A stretch of 64,000 nucleotides of DNA from Octopus vulgaris (Eukaryota), in contig OX597825.1 in the NCBI GenBank assembly GCA_951406725.2, positions 31,868,001 to 31,932,000 of the forward strand, in the 5' to 3' direction. The notes beneath the pieces are model-generated. The model saw nothing but the letters and a program-made list of their open reading frames with translations. It ran no database searches and was not told the origin of the DNA. Each line of letters begins with the position of its first letter. Position 1 is the stretch's first letter. This document shows, piece by piece, positions 14,401-26,720 of this stretch. The position numbers and the translations under genes are program-made.

Positions 14401-14762
14401 ATTTGTCTTGATTCAGTCCTTAGACTGTGGCCATGCTGGGGCACTACCTTGAAGGGTTTAGTTAACAGATTTAACAAATTGACCTCTGTACTTATTTTTT
14501 TTTAGTCTGGTACTTATTCTATCGGTTCTTATTGCTGAACTGCTTATTGCCAAAGTGTTGGAAGATAAACACAAACCTATACTCGTACACATACATACAT
14601 GTATATGATAGGCTTCTTTCAGTTTCTCTCTACTAAATCCCTTTTCAAGGCTTTGGTTGACCCAGGCTACAATAGAAGATACTTGCCCTAGCTGCCCACA
14701 TGGTAAGACTGAACCATGAACCATATGGTTGCGAAACAAACTTCTTACCATACAACCATGCA
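14401..14762 (-). mobile_element. SINE family A, older copy
   Basis: GACTGTGGCCATGCTGGGGCAC tail, GGCTTCTTTCAGTTTC...AAGGCTTTGGTTGACCC body and GACTGAACC B-box on the minus strand. Confidence 0.75.
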
Positions 14763-17559
14763 ATCCATCACATAAGACACCATCGATCTAAGAATTAGAT
14801 TATACTTTCTTATGCTGTAAGAATTAGTAATTAGTCATTTGATTTTATTGCAGGATATTTGAATCGATTATATTTTCAATCTGTTGTCTATAGCTTAAAA
14901 TTCTATTTAAAGAAAATTAGCATTTCAAAGAGTATGAGAGAACTTTGAAGCCACCCATTTTCTTAAAATTTAGTGGTAGTCTAGTGGTAATTGATCTTCT
15001 GATATACCATTAAATTATTGATAATTGATAAATGATATTTTTATCAGGAAGCTGGTTTTTATATTTCACATGGGTTAACTTGGAATGTTATTGGGATTAA
15101 TACTCTCTATCTAAAAATGTAATATTTGTTTATATGTAAGGGACTTATAGTATTAATGTCTAATTTTCTATGTTGGATTAATGTAAAGACAGTGACAGCA
15201 TTTTTTTAATAGGTCTTCATTTTGTACTATATCTTTAGTGAAGAATAATACTTCTCGATCTGACCGTGATACATTATTCTTAATTCTTCTTTGGTTGGAT
15301 CATTTCCAAATCAGTACCTCTTATGTTTTTGGTTTATTTTTTTCACCAAGCTTTCCTTATCTCCATCCATAAACCACAGACTTTGGTAATCATTCACATT
15401 CTCAATTCACTTGTGCTCAAATCTCAACATTTGTTTTTTTTTGCAATGATAATGATTGTAGATCTTTTTCTCAGCTCCCCCACCTCCCAATCATCTCCTA
15501 TTCATACTTCAGTGCCAAACAAGCCTTACACTGCCACTGGTTGGCAGAAAGAAAACTGTTGTTGCTCAGGAAGTGTCACCAACTCCACCCACAACTCTGA
15601 TTATATCCCTGCAATGAACCTGTACTCTTTCTACTTTATTAGTCTGCACATATTCTTATTTTAGCAGTTATATGCTTTGGAAATACTAACTCATTAGGAA
15701 ATTAATTTATATAATTATACATGTGTAGGTGTGGCTGTATTTGTGGTGTTAGTACTGCAGCTGCTGACTGAAACTGAATTACTATGGCAACTGTTGTTGA
15801 TGTTGCTGTTGTTGCAATACTTCCTCCTCCTCCTTCCTTCCTGTATAAGATTAGCTGTATTGGAGGCTTTAACCTAAGTGCAACATATCAACAAAGCACT
15901 CATCAATTATACAACGTCTGTGCTGCCTATGGCTAGAGCAACACCTAACATTTGAAGTGTTGATCAAGTGGTTTGTGTATTTGAGTATGTGTGATGGGTA
16001 AGAAAATGTTAAATACTGCTAGAAGCTTCAGGGATCTGTAAAGTTAGTATTTGCCTAGATCCTTGAATTAAGCAGATGAGAAATGAATCTTTCTTTGGCT
16101 AGGACACTTGCCTACCAGAGGTGCCTTCATCAGCTGTCTCTTCTATGTGATTCATTTAACTGAAGCATATAGTGTGAGCATGTTGTCTAAGTGCTGTGAA
16201 AAAATCATGTCATGCGCTAGGCTATTTTGCATACGCATGCATACATGCACAAGCATATGTTTGTGTGTGCATGCACTTGCAGATGCATGTAGAGGAAGCA
16301 GAGTAAAAGTAGAATGCATTTGTAATACTTTGATGTTGAGGTTTTTAAATTGATATCCTGCAACTCTTCGAGAACATATATTGACAGGCTTTTTATGTTG
16401 AAATGTTGTTAGGCTGCCAACATTTTTTATATTCAGTCAAGGGTTTTTACACTCACTACACTAGTGAACGTTTTGTTGGGATGGGGTGGGGAACAAACCA
16501 TCTCTGGTGGTCTCTGTTGGATATATGACAGAAAATAGCTTTCAAGCAGAGATACATTTAGATGCGTTTGTCTACTGTTTTTCACGAGGTTTTCTGACTT
16601 AAGGATACAGATAAGAATTAGTTGTTGTATAACTGACTGCAGATATTGCATTCTTCTCTCCCTCTCTGCTTTGTTTTGTAGCTATATCAGTTTATCATTT
16701 CAATATTGTCTTGTCTTTTTAAAAAGAAATTAATTTAAAATGAAATTGAAAAGTAATTTAGGAATACCAAGTTTTTTTCCATTAGAAAATGTATTTATGT
16801 ACACACATACACACACACACACACATATATATTAATATATGTTGTTGTTTTTATGTAGTTACATTGTTGTGAGACATGAATTGAAAGATTTACTCAAAGC
16901 ATTTAGAATATTAAATCTAATTTTTGCAAGGAAAAGATTGACAATGATTTCAGAGTGCCATCAGGCACCAGTTTTGTCAGATTGTAAAATTTTTAGCCAT
17001 TTCTGCTGTTTTATATGCTTTAGTTTATTGTGGTTGGGATCTAGCAAATGACACACATAGTGATTACCATTTCTTCTTTACAGAAGGCCATCTCTTGAAT
17101 TAGTAAATTCCATCATGAGACCTCATATGACTAGCAAGTCCAGCTTTGGACAAATAGAGACCCTACCAGCGAGTTAAATTTTCAGGTAGAAAAATGTATG
17201 GCATTAAGTCAAGCCCTGTTTACACCATGCACATTTCAATGTGGAGTGTTCAGATTCTTTACAACCATTGTTGATTGCTTCTTTCCAAACCAATCAAGCT
17301 TCAAGTCTTCAACATCCACACTAAGAGCCTTATGTCATTTTTGACAACATCACTAAAATGTTTCTTCAGTTTATGTTTTGGACGTTTACCATGTTGCAAT
17401 TCCCTCTAAAACAACTGCTCAGGTAACTTGTCATCCTGTATCCTAGAGAGATGCCTAGCCCAATGCATCTGATTGCATATGAGGAGGATCTCAATACTGG
17501 ATGTGTTCACTCACTGAAGAAGAATGCTAGCTGATGTTAGTCTGCCATTTGATGTTTAG

Positions 17560-17780
17560 CCCTTTAGCATTTAAACCGGCCATATCCGGCCAAAAATATT
17601 CTACCTGTTTTATGTTCAAACTAGCCCTATCTGGTCTCTCACACCAACCCTACAATATTGTTTTAAAAATTAACAGCTACCTCATCAAAATCTCATGGCT
17701 ACAAGATGATGAATGATTAGTTCAAAACAATGTGGATGAAGAAGCATTAATTTTGGCAGAATAGTGTGAACACTAAAGGG
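17560..17780. mobile_element. TTAA-targeting (piggyBac-like) MITE, family 1
   Basis: Termini CCCTTTAG...CTAAAGGG flanked by TTAG/TTAA. Homologous copies at 28926, 40162, 48108 and 59217. Confidence 0.8.
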
Positions 17781-17818
17781 TTAATATCTTATCCATGAAA
17801 TTTATATAAAATCTACTT

Positions 17819-17992
17819 AGGCGTAGGAGTGGCTGTGTGGTAAGCAACTGGCTTACGAACCACATGGTTCCGGGTTCAGTCCCATTGCATGGCACCTTGG
17901 GCAAGTGTCTTCTACTATAGCCTCGGGCTGACCAAAGCCTTATGAGTGGATTTGGTAGACGGAAACTGAAAGAAGCCCATCATATATATTTA

Positions 17993-18049
<57 letters not shown>

Positions 18050-18270
18050 GTGTGTGTGTGTGTATTTTTGTGTCTGTGCTTGTCCCTCCAACATTGCTTG
18101 ACAACCGATGGTGGTGTGTTTACGTTCTTGTAACTTAGCGGTTCAGTAAAAGAGACCAATAGAATAAGTACTAGGCTTACAAAAAATAAGTCCTGGGGTC
18201 GATTTGCTCAACCAAAGGTGGTGCTCCAGCATAGCCACAATCAGATGACTGAAACAAGTAAAAGAGTAAA
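17819..18270 (+). mobile_element. tRNA-derived SINE family A, full length
   Basis: A-box-like TGGCTGTGTGG and B-box-like GGTTCAGTCCC, then body GGGCAAGTGTCTTCTACTATAGCCTCGGG, a central TG/TA microsatellite, and tail GGTGCTCCAGCAT...GACTGAAACAAGTAAAAGAG. Near-identical to the copies at 22103, 46511 and 53910. Confidence 0.9.
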
Positions 18271-21200
18271 TATTTGCTGTGCTTGATATTATATTCTACT
18301 TAAACTTTTATTTTTGATTCTTATTTATTTAAACCTATATTATTAAAATTAATTTTTTTTCATTTTCAGTTTGATAATGGCTCACAGTAAATTGTTACTG
18401 AACTACATGATTAACCAATATCAAGCAGTCACCTCTGGATTATTTTAAACAAGGAACTTTTGAAATCAAAAATTATGGGTAATTGGCAATTGACAATGGA
18501 AACCTTGGTTGCCAAAGGAGGCTCCACAAAAATATTGGATTATTTAAAAAAATGTTTAATTGATATCCTATGAAATAATAAGTAACTGATATTTGAAAAA
18601 AATTATAAAGTTAAGGTAAGTACAAAACCAAAATTTATTCAGTTTTCTCAGACTGTGTTATCACTTTAACCTATATTTGCTGCAGTTGTGCTTTTGTATC
18701 TTTTTTAACAATAAGAATTTCTCACTTGTGTCACAAGGCTGCAAATCATCACCATCATCACCAGGTCAGGTGACTTGCCTAGATCAATGAGTCATGTTGG
18801 TCTTTTGATAGCCAAATGTCTCTTCTGCACATGCTACGATTACAGATGATTGCAGTAGTTTGCCAACTGAACTGGTTGATCCTAGCTGTTGACAGTTTGT
18901 TGATTGTGTACCTGTTCAACATCTGGTGATATTCTCCATTGAGTCAATAAGTTCATCTGCTGAAATAGTTCACATCCATTGTGCAGCATCCCATGATTTC
19001 AACATAACTCTGGCATGGATGGTTACCAGGTGGTAAGCATTGCCAAGAGGTCACCCATAATTTGGTCCAAGGCTGTTTATTCCCATATTCATGGCTAACC
19101 TCTATTTGCATGCCAATAAATCCATAACTGAGATCTTGACAGGTGCTACTCTGGGTTAAAGTAGATCTGAGAACATCAGTGGTCAGGGGGTGGTTCCACA
19201 CTCCTCAGAACCTTTGGAACTCCCAAACCAAGGCCCCACTGCCAGATGCAGTTTAAAGGAGGGGCATAATTGACAGAATCAGTTACAGCATACAAGGCTC
19301 TATTGTTCCTGGAGAAATGAGAGGTGAAATTCACCCCGGCAAGATTTGCTCTTGGAAATGTAAAGAGACTTAACTAAATTCTGCATACCATTTTACCTAA
19401 TGTGCCACCATTTTGGGTTTTTTTTTTTTTTTTACTCCAACACCTTGTTAGTAGATTTCTAACTTTTGCTATTTGATTAGAATAGCAGAGAAAAATAAGT
19501 TGGTTGACTCATTCCTATAATAATGATGATGATGACGACTACGACGTCTGACGTTAGTTTTTCTTTGTGCCACCAGGTCAGTTAATGACCTCTTGTGACT
19601 TCTTTGACAATTCATGGACGTTTCTAAGCAGGAGAGTGCAAAGCAAGCTATAAAAACTGACAAAAACATGAAAATATTGGGGAATTGAGTGAGGAGAGAA
19701 ACTATAAACAAATTCAGAAATTCTGTCAAAACAGAAGTATGAATCTAGTCAAATAGTTGAAACTAGCTAAAAATAAATAAACCTGTGCAGCCAATCATGG
19801 TTGTTCGCCAGTCTGCTAATTTAGAGTTTTTTTTTTTTTTATCCTGTCTGATTTTTCCAGCTTGAGAAGTAATTTTATTTGGCTGCTTGAAAAAAAGTTT
19901 TATTTTTTCTCTGTGTGTGTGTGTTTTTTTTTTAGGTTTTAAATTTTCTCTTGGTCATCTAAATAGGCATAGACATGACTATATGCTTGTAGTTAATTTT
20001 GAATCAGTTCACAACTACATAGTTTCAGGTTCAGTCCCATTATACTCAGCAAATACCCTGCCTCAGCTCAGTCAAATTTTAGAGAGACATTTGGATGATG
20101 GAAACTGTATAGAAGCCCTTCAGAGGGTTCATATCTAATTTCGAGTAATAAAATTTATTTGTCATCCAATTTGTCACCAGCATTTGGCCCTTGATTACTT
20201 TGTAATCATCTAGTTTAGGTATGGGGATCATTTTTTCCCATCAGTCTCAAAAGTCTTGAAAATAGTTGCACTGCCCTTCTTTCTCTGACTACCACTGGAA
20301 AAATGAAATTAATGGTTATATGTGTATAGTTAAGATTACTATCTTTGTAATTACTTTGTAAGTTCTCTCCATCCCACGAGGCACATAAAGCCACAACACA
20401 ATCTCTCCAACCTGCTTTGTTTTCTGCCACTGTTCTGGTCTCATTCCAGCTTCTTTACTTTTCTCATCTCCTTTTCTTATCTCTGGTTCTTGAGCATTTG
20501 AATTGGAAACTGTCCATTGTTTCCTCTTCCTTTTGTCACCTTCAAGTTTTCCCATCCATAGAATTAATATCGGTCAGAGCAATTTCTTTAACTGCTTCAG
20601 CTTCATTTTGCAACTGATACCTTTGCCTGTAATCACTACATCATTGTATGTCATATCTGCTTTTGAATCAATTTAAAATGTATGGTGTATTTCAAAAGTT
20701 ACCTTTTCTTTTCTCTGTTTTGTCTTTTACTAATTATACACTCTCTGCTTCTTGGGGTCTGTGTAACTTGACCTTGTCATTCCAGAGATTTTCTTTGGCA
20801 TTCTTTCTTTAAATAGTTTGCATCAAAACTTCCCAGCTGATCAGGAAGTGGTAAGGAGTAGAACTCTAATTATACAGCTAAACCTTTTCAATATGTTCTC
20901 AAATCCCATGAGAGTATAATAAGCAACCCACCAGTCAGTCTAGACAAACTGGGAGTTGATTTTGGCTGTTAATTGAAGTTTATTAGTTTCACAGGCATGA
21001 TCTTGACAAAGAGATAAATGAAAAAGTACCACTATTTTCCTTCTGCCTGTCAAGCTGGCTCTTTTCATTTTGGCAAAAGCTTCAATATTTCTTGTGGGCA
21101 CTCTTGAAGTTAGACCTAAACCCAGTGAAGGAAACTGCATGGTTGAAATAACTTTCTAAAAATAGCAGTCAAAACTTCCTCAAATCATACCCCACAGTCT

Positions 21201-22102
21201 TTAAAATAAAATGCATTGAATAATAACATTGCCCAACGTGCCCTAAAAAGTCAAGATGTTCAAATCTGCAACATCTTTAATAAAGTATCTGCTCAGCCAA
21301 GTCATTTGGGTAGGTATTAATGTAACACATCCATTTTCCCTTTCTCTTTGAGGCCTAACAACATTATCTCCTACCAGAAGATGGTTTTTGTAATAAATTC
21401 AATACTTCTCTGTTAGAAGTTCAACCCCCACCCACCTTCCTTAAAGCTGGCCATTTATCCTTAGGTTGAGGAAATAAGTATGAGTAACCGAAACTTTGAG
21501 AATTGTTTTTGCAATCTTACAAATTGTGTTAATGAATGGAATGATGGATTGGTTTCAGTGATGCTTCTCTCTTGCAGTGTCCTTTGTAAATTCTGACAGC
21601 AGTGTCAATAGTTTATGTACCATCAAATGAGGCCTGCAAGGAGAATTAATAAAATTTATATCCAGAAAACTGAGCACAAGTAAATATAAAAATTTAATCT
21701 TGTCTGATTCAACCATGCCAATAAAGATTTCTAACATGAGAGACAAGGCCATTAATTTACACAGAGAGATATTAGTAGATTCAATGGATTTTTTTCTATT
21801 TGACCAATACTTAGTTTATCATCCTTGAGGAATGAAAGCCCAAGTTGACCCGGTCAAGATTTGAATTCAAAATATAATTACATATGAAGTATTTTTGCCC
21901 AGTGCTCTGTTGATTCTGCACAATAGTCAGTTAACATCATTATCAGTACTGGACTGGCAACAGCTGTCCTCAAAAATCTACACATTTTTCTTGTGTCTCT
22001 AGTAATACTAGGTGTAAAAAGAAGAGTATTTATATTCATGTAGGTTGTCCTCCAAATTTTTGCATCCATCTTTTGTCTCTAATGAAATTCTGTGTAAAAA
22101 TG

Positions 22103-22497
22103 AGGAGTGGCTATGTGGTAAGTAGCTTGTTTACCAACCACATGGTTCCGGGTTCAGTCCCACTGCGTGGCGCCTTGGGCAAGTGTCTTCTACTATAGCC
22201 TCGGGCCGACCAAAGCCTTGTGAGTGGATTTGGTAGACGGAAACTGAAAGAAGCCCGTCGTATATATGTATATATATATATATGCGTGTGTGTGTTTGTG
22301 TTTGTCCCCCTAGCATTGCTTGACAATCGATGCTGGTGTGTTTGTGTCCCCGTTACTTAGCGGTTCGGCAAAAGAGACTGATAGAATAAGTACTGGGCTT
22401 ACAAAAGAATAAGTCCGAGGGTCAAGTTGTTCGATTAAAGGCGGTGCTCCAGCATGACCGCAGTCAAATGACTGAAACAAGTAAAAGAGTAAAGAGT
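22103..22497 (+). mobile_element. tRNA-derived SINE family A, full length, young (CpGs retained)
   Basis: Same head, body, microsatellite and tail as 17819-18270. Confidence 0.9.
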
Positions 22498-23179
22498 GTG
22501 TTTATAGTCAGTCCTCAAAATTTACCTGTTTGACTTTCTTATGGCAGTTATGAATTTGAATGGATGAGTCCTAAGGATTGCTCGTACTTTATTTTATCAA
22601 CTTATTGACTCCAGAAGTATAAATGGTCGAGTTGACCTTTGCTGGGGTTTAAACTCGGAATGTAAGGAGTTGTAACTGAATACTCCAAAGTATTTTCGTC
22701 GGAAACTCTACTGATTATTGTCTGGGTAAGGATTTGTATTTCACCACCTTCTTTTGAAGTACCCACCCTCCACAAGGATTCTTCCAGAAAAAATGTATAC
22801 TTGAAATTATGTTAGGAATAGAACACAGAATGAAAATAGATGAAAGGAAATAAGAAAATAAATAAAATAGAAACTATAGTAATAGAAGCATTTTTGGTCC
22901 CTTTACCACTGATAACTGCACTGAATACTCCTGGGATACAGCTTTAAAATGATGAAAAGAAGGAAGTATTTAAACTATTCCTGCTGACTGTTTTTTTAGT
23001 AGTGTTTTGGTAATTTGATAGATTTGGAGGTATTTAGACAGCTTACTAGAACTTTTGAGGTGAAGGGTGGGGATGTCAGAACAAAAATAAAAAAAAGCAA
23101 TATCATGGTGGTTAACATAGTCTCATTGATGCTGACAAGAGTGAAGAAATGAATCAATAAATAAATGAATTAATCTTTT

Positions 23180-25135
23180 CTTTATTATTTTTGCAAAGGC
23201 AAGGGACGAGAAAGACTTTATAGGGACAGGTTAACCAAAATGTGAGAGTTTACATAGAAATCAAATGAAATATATGTATTAAAATGAAAAAGTCACAGTG
23301 CACTGATATATGAGAAATTCCCATTGAATGAGTCACACATAAGACCAATCAAGGAACCCTTGTGGCCCAGGATTACTCTGACTACTAAGTGCTCTCACTA
23401 AGCTGTATTCTTCAACCTTCAAATGCCTGCTAAGAGTAGGCCCATACATTTGTCTACCAAATTACTGGAGGCAGCCCCTCCTTTTCTTCCTCACCTTTTT
23501 CTAAGGAGAACTTGTAAAACTTAATTAGGGCTTAGCCAAAAAGAAAGTATCAGTCTTTGATCCTCTCAGTTATGTCCATCATACAACCTCTTTTGTCATA
23601 GCCACCAGTCAGGAAAATTATTTGGCTTTCCCACCTGAAGGAGGTAATGATGAATTTGGCCAATAGCCAGATCTACTCTAAATGTGACTATAACTATTCC
23701 AGCTTATACGTCAGCAACTCAGACATTGGACAAGTCTGTGCAAAACATTTATAGTGCGTTTCCCACATTTTGATCAACAATACTTTGTAGCAACACTATC
23801 AGGTAACTCCCATAATTCTCCAGGACAGCTCAGCCCAGCCATTTGGTTCTTGTTAGTGTTTAGTATTTCTAAGAGGACATCATTGCTCTTCATCACTTAT
23901 CCTCTATAGAAAGCTAATGAAGTTTCACTGTTGGCGTTAGAGAGCTGCGAGTCCCTGACAACATCCCAAATGTCATACACCTAGTTTTGGTCTTCGCTTT
24001 AGTCAAGATTGCAAGCCCATCAATGATAGGAGTCGTGGCAAGACAGACTTGACAAGCTGTGATCCCCACATGTTTACTGCCCAGGAATCCCTTAATACTA
24101 TGGCCTCAGTACATGTCTGCACCTCATCACCCTTTCATGCCAATTCCAAACTTAGAGAGTATTGGAAGTAGAAGGACTTGCCAACTTGTTGAATACATCC
24201 ACAAGAAATGAAAGAGCAAACACTCCAATCTAGTCTGACAAAGATGACTGTCCAGGCATTAACATGATGGAGGTAATCTACACATTCATCACCTCTTTCC
24301 AACTATTCCCCCCGGCTCACTTCTGGGCAAGTTTGTTTTTCTTTCTGCTCATAACCTCATCTCAGTTTCTGTCTGGACTGAACTAGACTCTAATCAACTT
24401 AACCATCCCACCAGTCCAGTAACCCATGATACTAGCCTCTTTTGGTGATGAACGGCAAGCTTTCTGACTGCTTTCGATTAATTTTTGTTTCTGTTTCTGC
24501 TTCATATTCTTTTAAAATAATACCTTCACCCTCTACATCCATAGTATCTAACACCATTATAGTGGCACTGCCTGCATATGTTAACATGGCTCTCCTGCAA
24601 TATATTCAATGAGGATGCCCCTCAACGTCTAGTTTCTGCAGCAGTTACTCTAGAGTCAGTATATGCAGATGGTGTGAGAGTAATTTGAAATGATTCCAGT
24701 TGGTGGCCATTCATTTTATCAAGTAAATTCCACTATTCTGAAAACAGGTTCAAAATTGACTGCATTCAGGACAGTCACTATGTTGCATTGATTGACCCTA
24801 TTGTAAGTGACTGATTAATCCAAATAGACCTGAGTTCCACCAAGGACAGCTCTTTTTACTCATATTCTCTATGATGTGTGTCATGAGGTGAAACTTGTGA
24901 GTAGATCTGCTTTGATTTATATTGTACAAGTCTGCACTTTCCCAACCATACTATTGATGTCTTTGCAAGCACCTTGGCTAAAATCTTTAAATAGGCCAGA
25001 AATTGTCACTAGTGTCCCCTTTGATTTGATCATTACTTAGCAGTACTACTTCTACATAACTCAAACTTCAAGAAATGTTCATAGTTTACTGTCAGTTGTG
25101 ATAGATATTTACACATTGTACCTAATAAATTTGGT
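23180..25135 (-). mobile_element. Old L1/Tx1-like LINE, RT and 3' portion
   Basis: Minus-strand decayed motifs KGD..DNFWPI, LKILAKVLAK, YLD*S.TYNRVN, LSHHLHILTLE*LLQKL (like LSPLLY.LALEPLL), TYAGSATIMV (like AYADDVT), EYEAETETKINRKQS (like YE...GAKIN..KS). A-rich end near 23180. Confidence 0.75.
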
Positions 25136-25210
25136 GTGTATATATACATATATGTGTATATGCTGCTACACCAGTCATTGGGTGTGACTCCTTCGTGTAT
25201 CACCTGGTTA

Positions 25211-26705
25211 GTCACCTGTATAGTTAACCTGGTGATACACGAAGGAGTCATACCCAATGACTGGTGTAGCAGCATAATAGTCAACTGCTACAAAGGTAAA
25301 GGTGACACTCTAGGTACAAATAATTACAGAGGTATCAAGCTGTTGGATCAGGTAATGAAGATTGCGGAGAGGGTCATAGCCCAACTGATTAGGGAGAGAG
25401 TCACCTTCGATGTGATGCAGTTTGGTTTCGTGCCAGGGAAAAGCACCACTGATGCCATATTTCTGGTAAGACAGCTGCAGGAGAAATACCTAGCCAAAGA
25501 TAAGCCCCTGTAACTGGCTTTTGTTGACATGGAGAAAGCCTTTGACAGGGTCCCCCGATCCCTTATCTGGTGGTCAATGAGGAAACTAGGGATAGATGAA
25601 TGGTTAGTGAGAGCTGTGCGAGCCATGTACAGGGACGCTGTAAGTAAGGTGAGGGTTGGTAACGAGTACACTGAAGAATTCAGGGTAGAGGTAGGGGGTC
25701 CACCAAGGTTCAGTCCTCAGCCCCCTCCTATTTATCATAGTCCTCCAGGCAATAATGGAGGAATTCAAGACAGGATACCCCTGGGAGCTCCTCTATACTG
25801 ATGACCTTACTCTAATTGCTGAGTCACTATCAGAACTAGAGGTGAAGTTTCAGTTGTGGAAACAAGGTTTAGAATCGAAGGGCCTTAGAGTCAACCTAGC
25901 TAAAACCAAAATCCTAATAAGTAGGAAGGCAGACAAACCACAAATCCCTTCAGGTAGATGGCCCTGCTCGATCTGTAGTAGAGGCGTAGGTAGAAACTCT
26001 ATAAGATGTACCCAGTGTAAGCTATGGACACATAAGAGGTGCAGTAATATCAAATGAAGGCTAACGGGGAAGATAGTTTTTGTATGTGGCAGATGCTCGG
26101 GAGCAATAAGCCCTGACAATGCGCAGAGAACAACTTCTGCTACATTTCAGGGAGAAAAACTAGAAGTAGTTGATAGCTTCTGTTACCTAGGTGACCAAGT
26201 CAGTAGTGGGGGAGGGTGTGCTGAAAGTATAGCTGCTAGAATAAGAATAGTTTGGGCAAAGTTCAGAGAGCTCTTACCTCTGCTGGTGACAAAGGGCCTC
26301 TCGCTCAGAGTAAAAGGTAGACTGTATGACGCATGTGTACGAACAGCTGTGCAACATAGCAGTGAAACATGGGCTGTGACTGCGGAGGACAGGCGTAAGC
26401 TCGCAAAAAACACCACTCGAGCGGGATCATTACCAGCATCGCCTTACTAGCACCCATGCCGGTGGCATGTGTAAAAGATTTAAGCAAGATCGTTGCCAGT
26501 GCCGCCTGACTGGCCCCGTGCTGGTGGCACGTAAAAGCACCCACAACACTCTCGGAGTGGTTGGCGTTAGGAAGGGCATCCAGCTGTAGAAACTCTACCA
26601 AATCAAGATTGAAGCCTGGTGCAGCCATCTGGTTTGCCAGCCCTCAGTTATATGTCCAACCCGTGCTAGCATAGAAAGCGGACGTTAAATGATGATGATG
26701 ATGAT
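25211..26705 (+). mobile_element. RTE-clade LINE, 5'-truncated, pseudogenised RT with PHD-like insertion, internal deletion, 3' UTR and (GAT)n tail
   Basis: RT motifs YRGIKLL, QFGFVPGKSTTDAIFLVRQLQEK, AFVDMEKAFDRVPR, VHQGSVLSPLLF (frameshifted near 25695), LLYTDDL, NLAKTK, FCYLG. Stops at 25511 and 26055. Coding sequence jumps to the 3' UTR near 26410. Ends GGCGTTAGGAAGGGCATCCAGCTGTAGAAAC...GATGATGATG. Confidence 0.93.
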
Positions 26706-26720
26706 CACACACACGCACAC

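Noticed and set aside
20200-20850. Possible L1/Tx1 ORF1 remnant on the minus strand (PVVVRERRA...)
   Set aside because: Only vague resemblance to a pre-zinc-knuckle segment; the Cys residues are absent.
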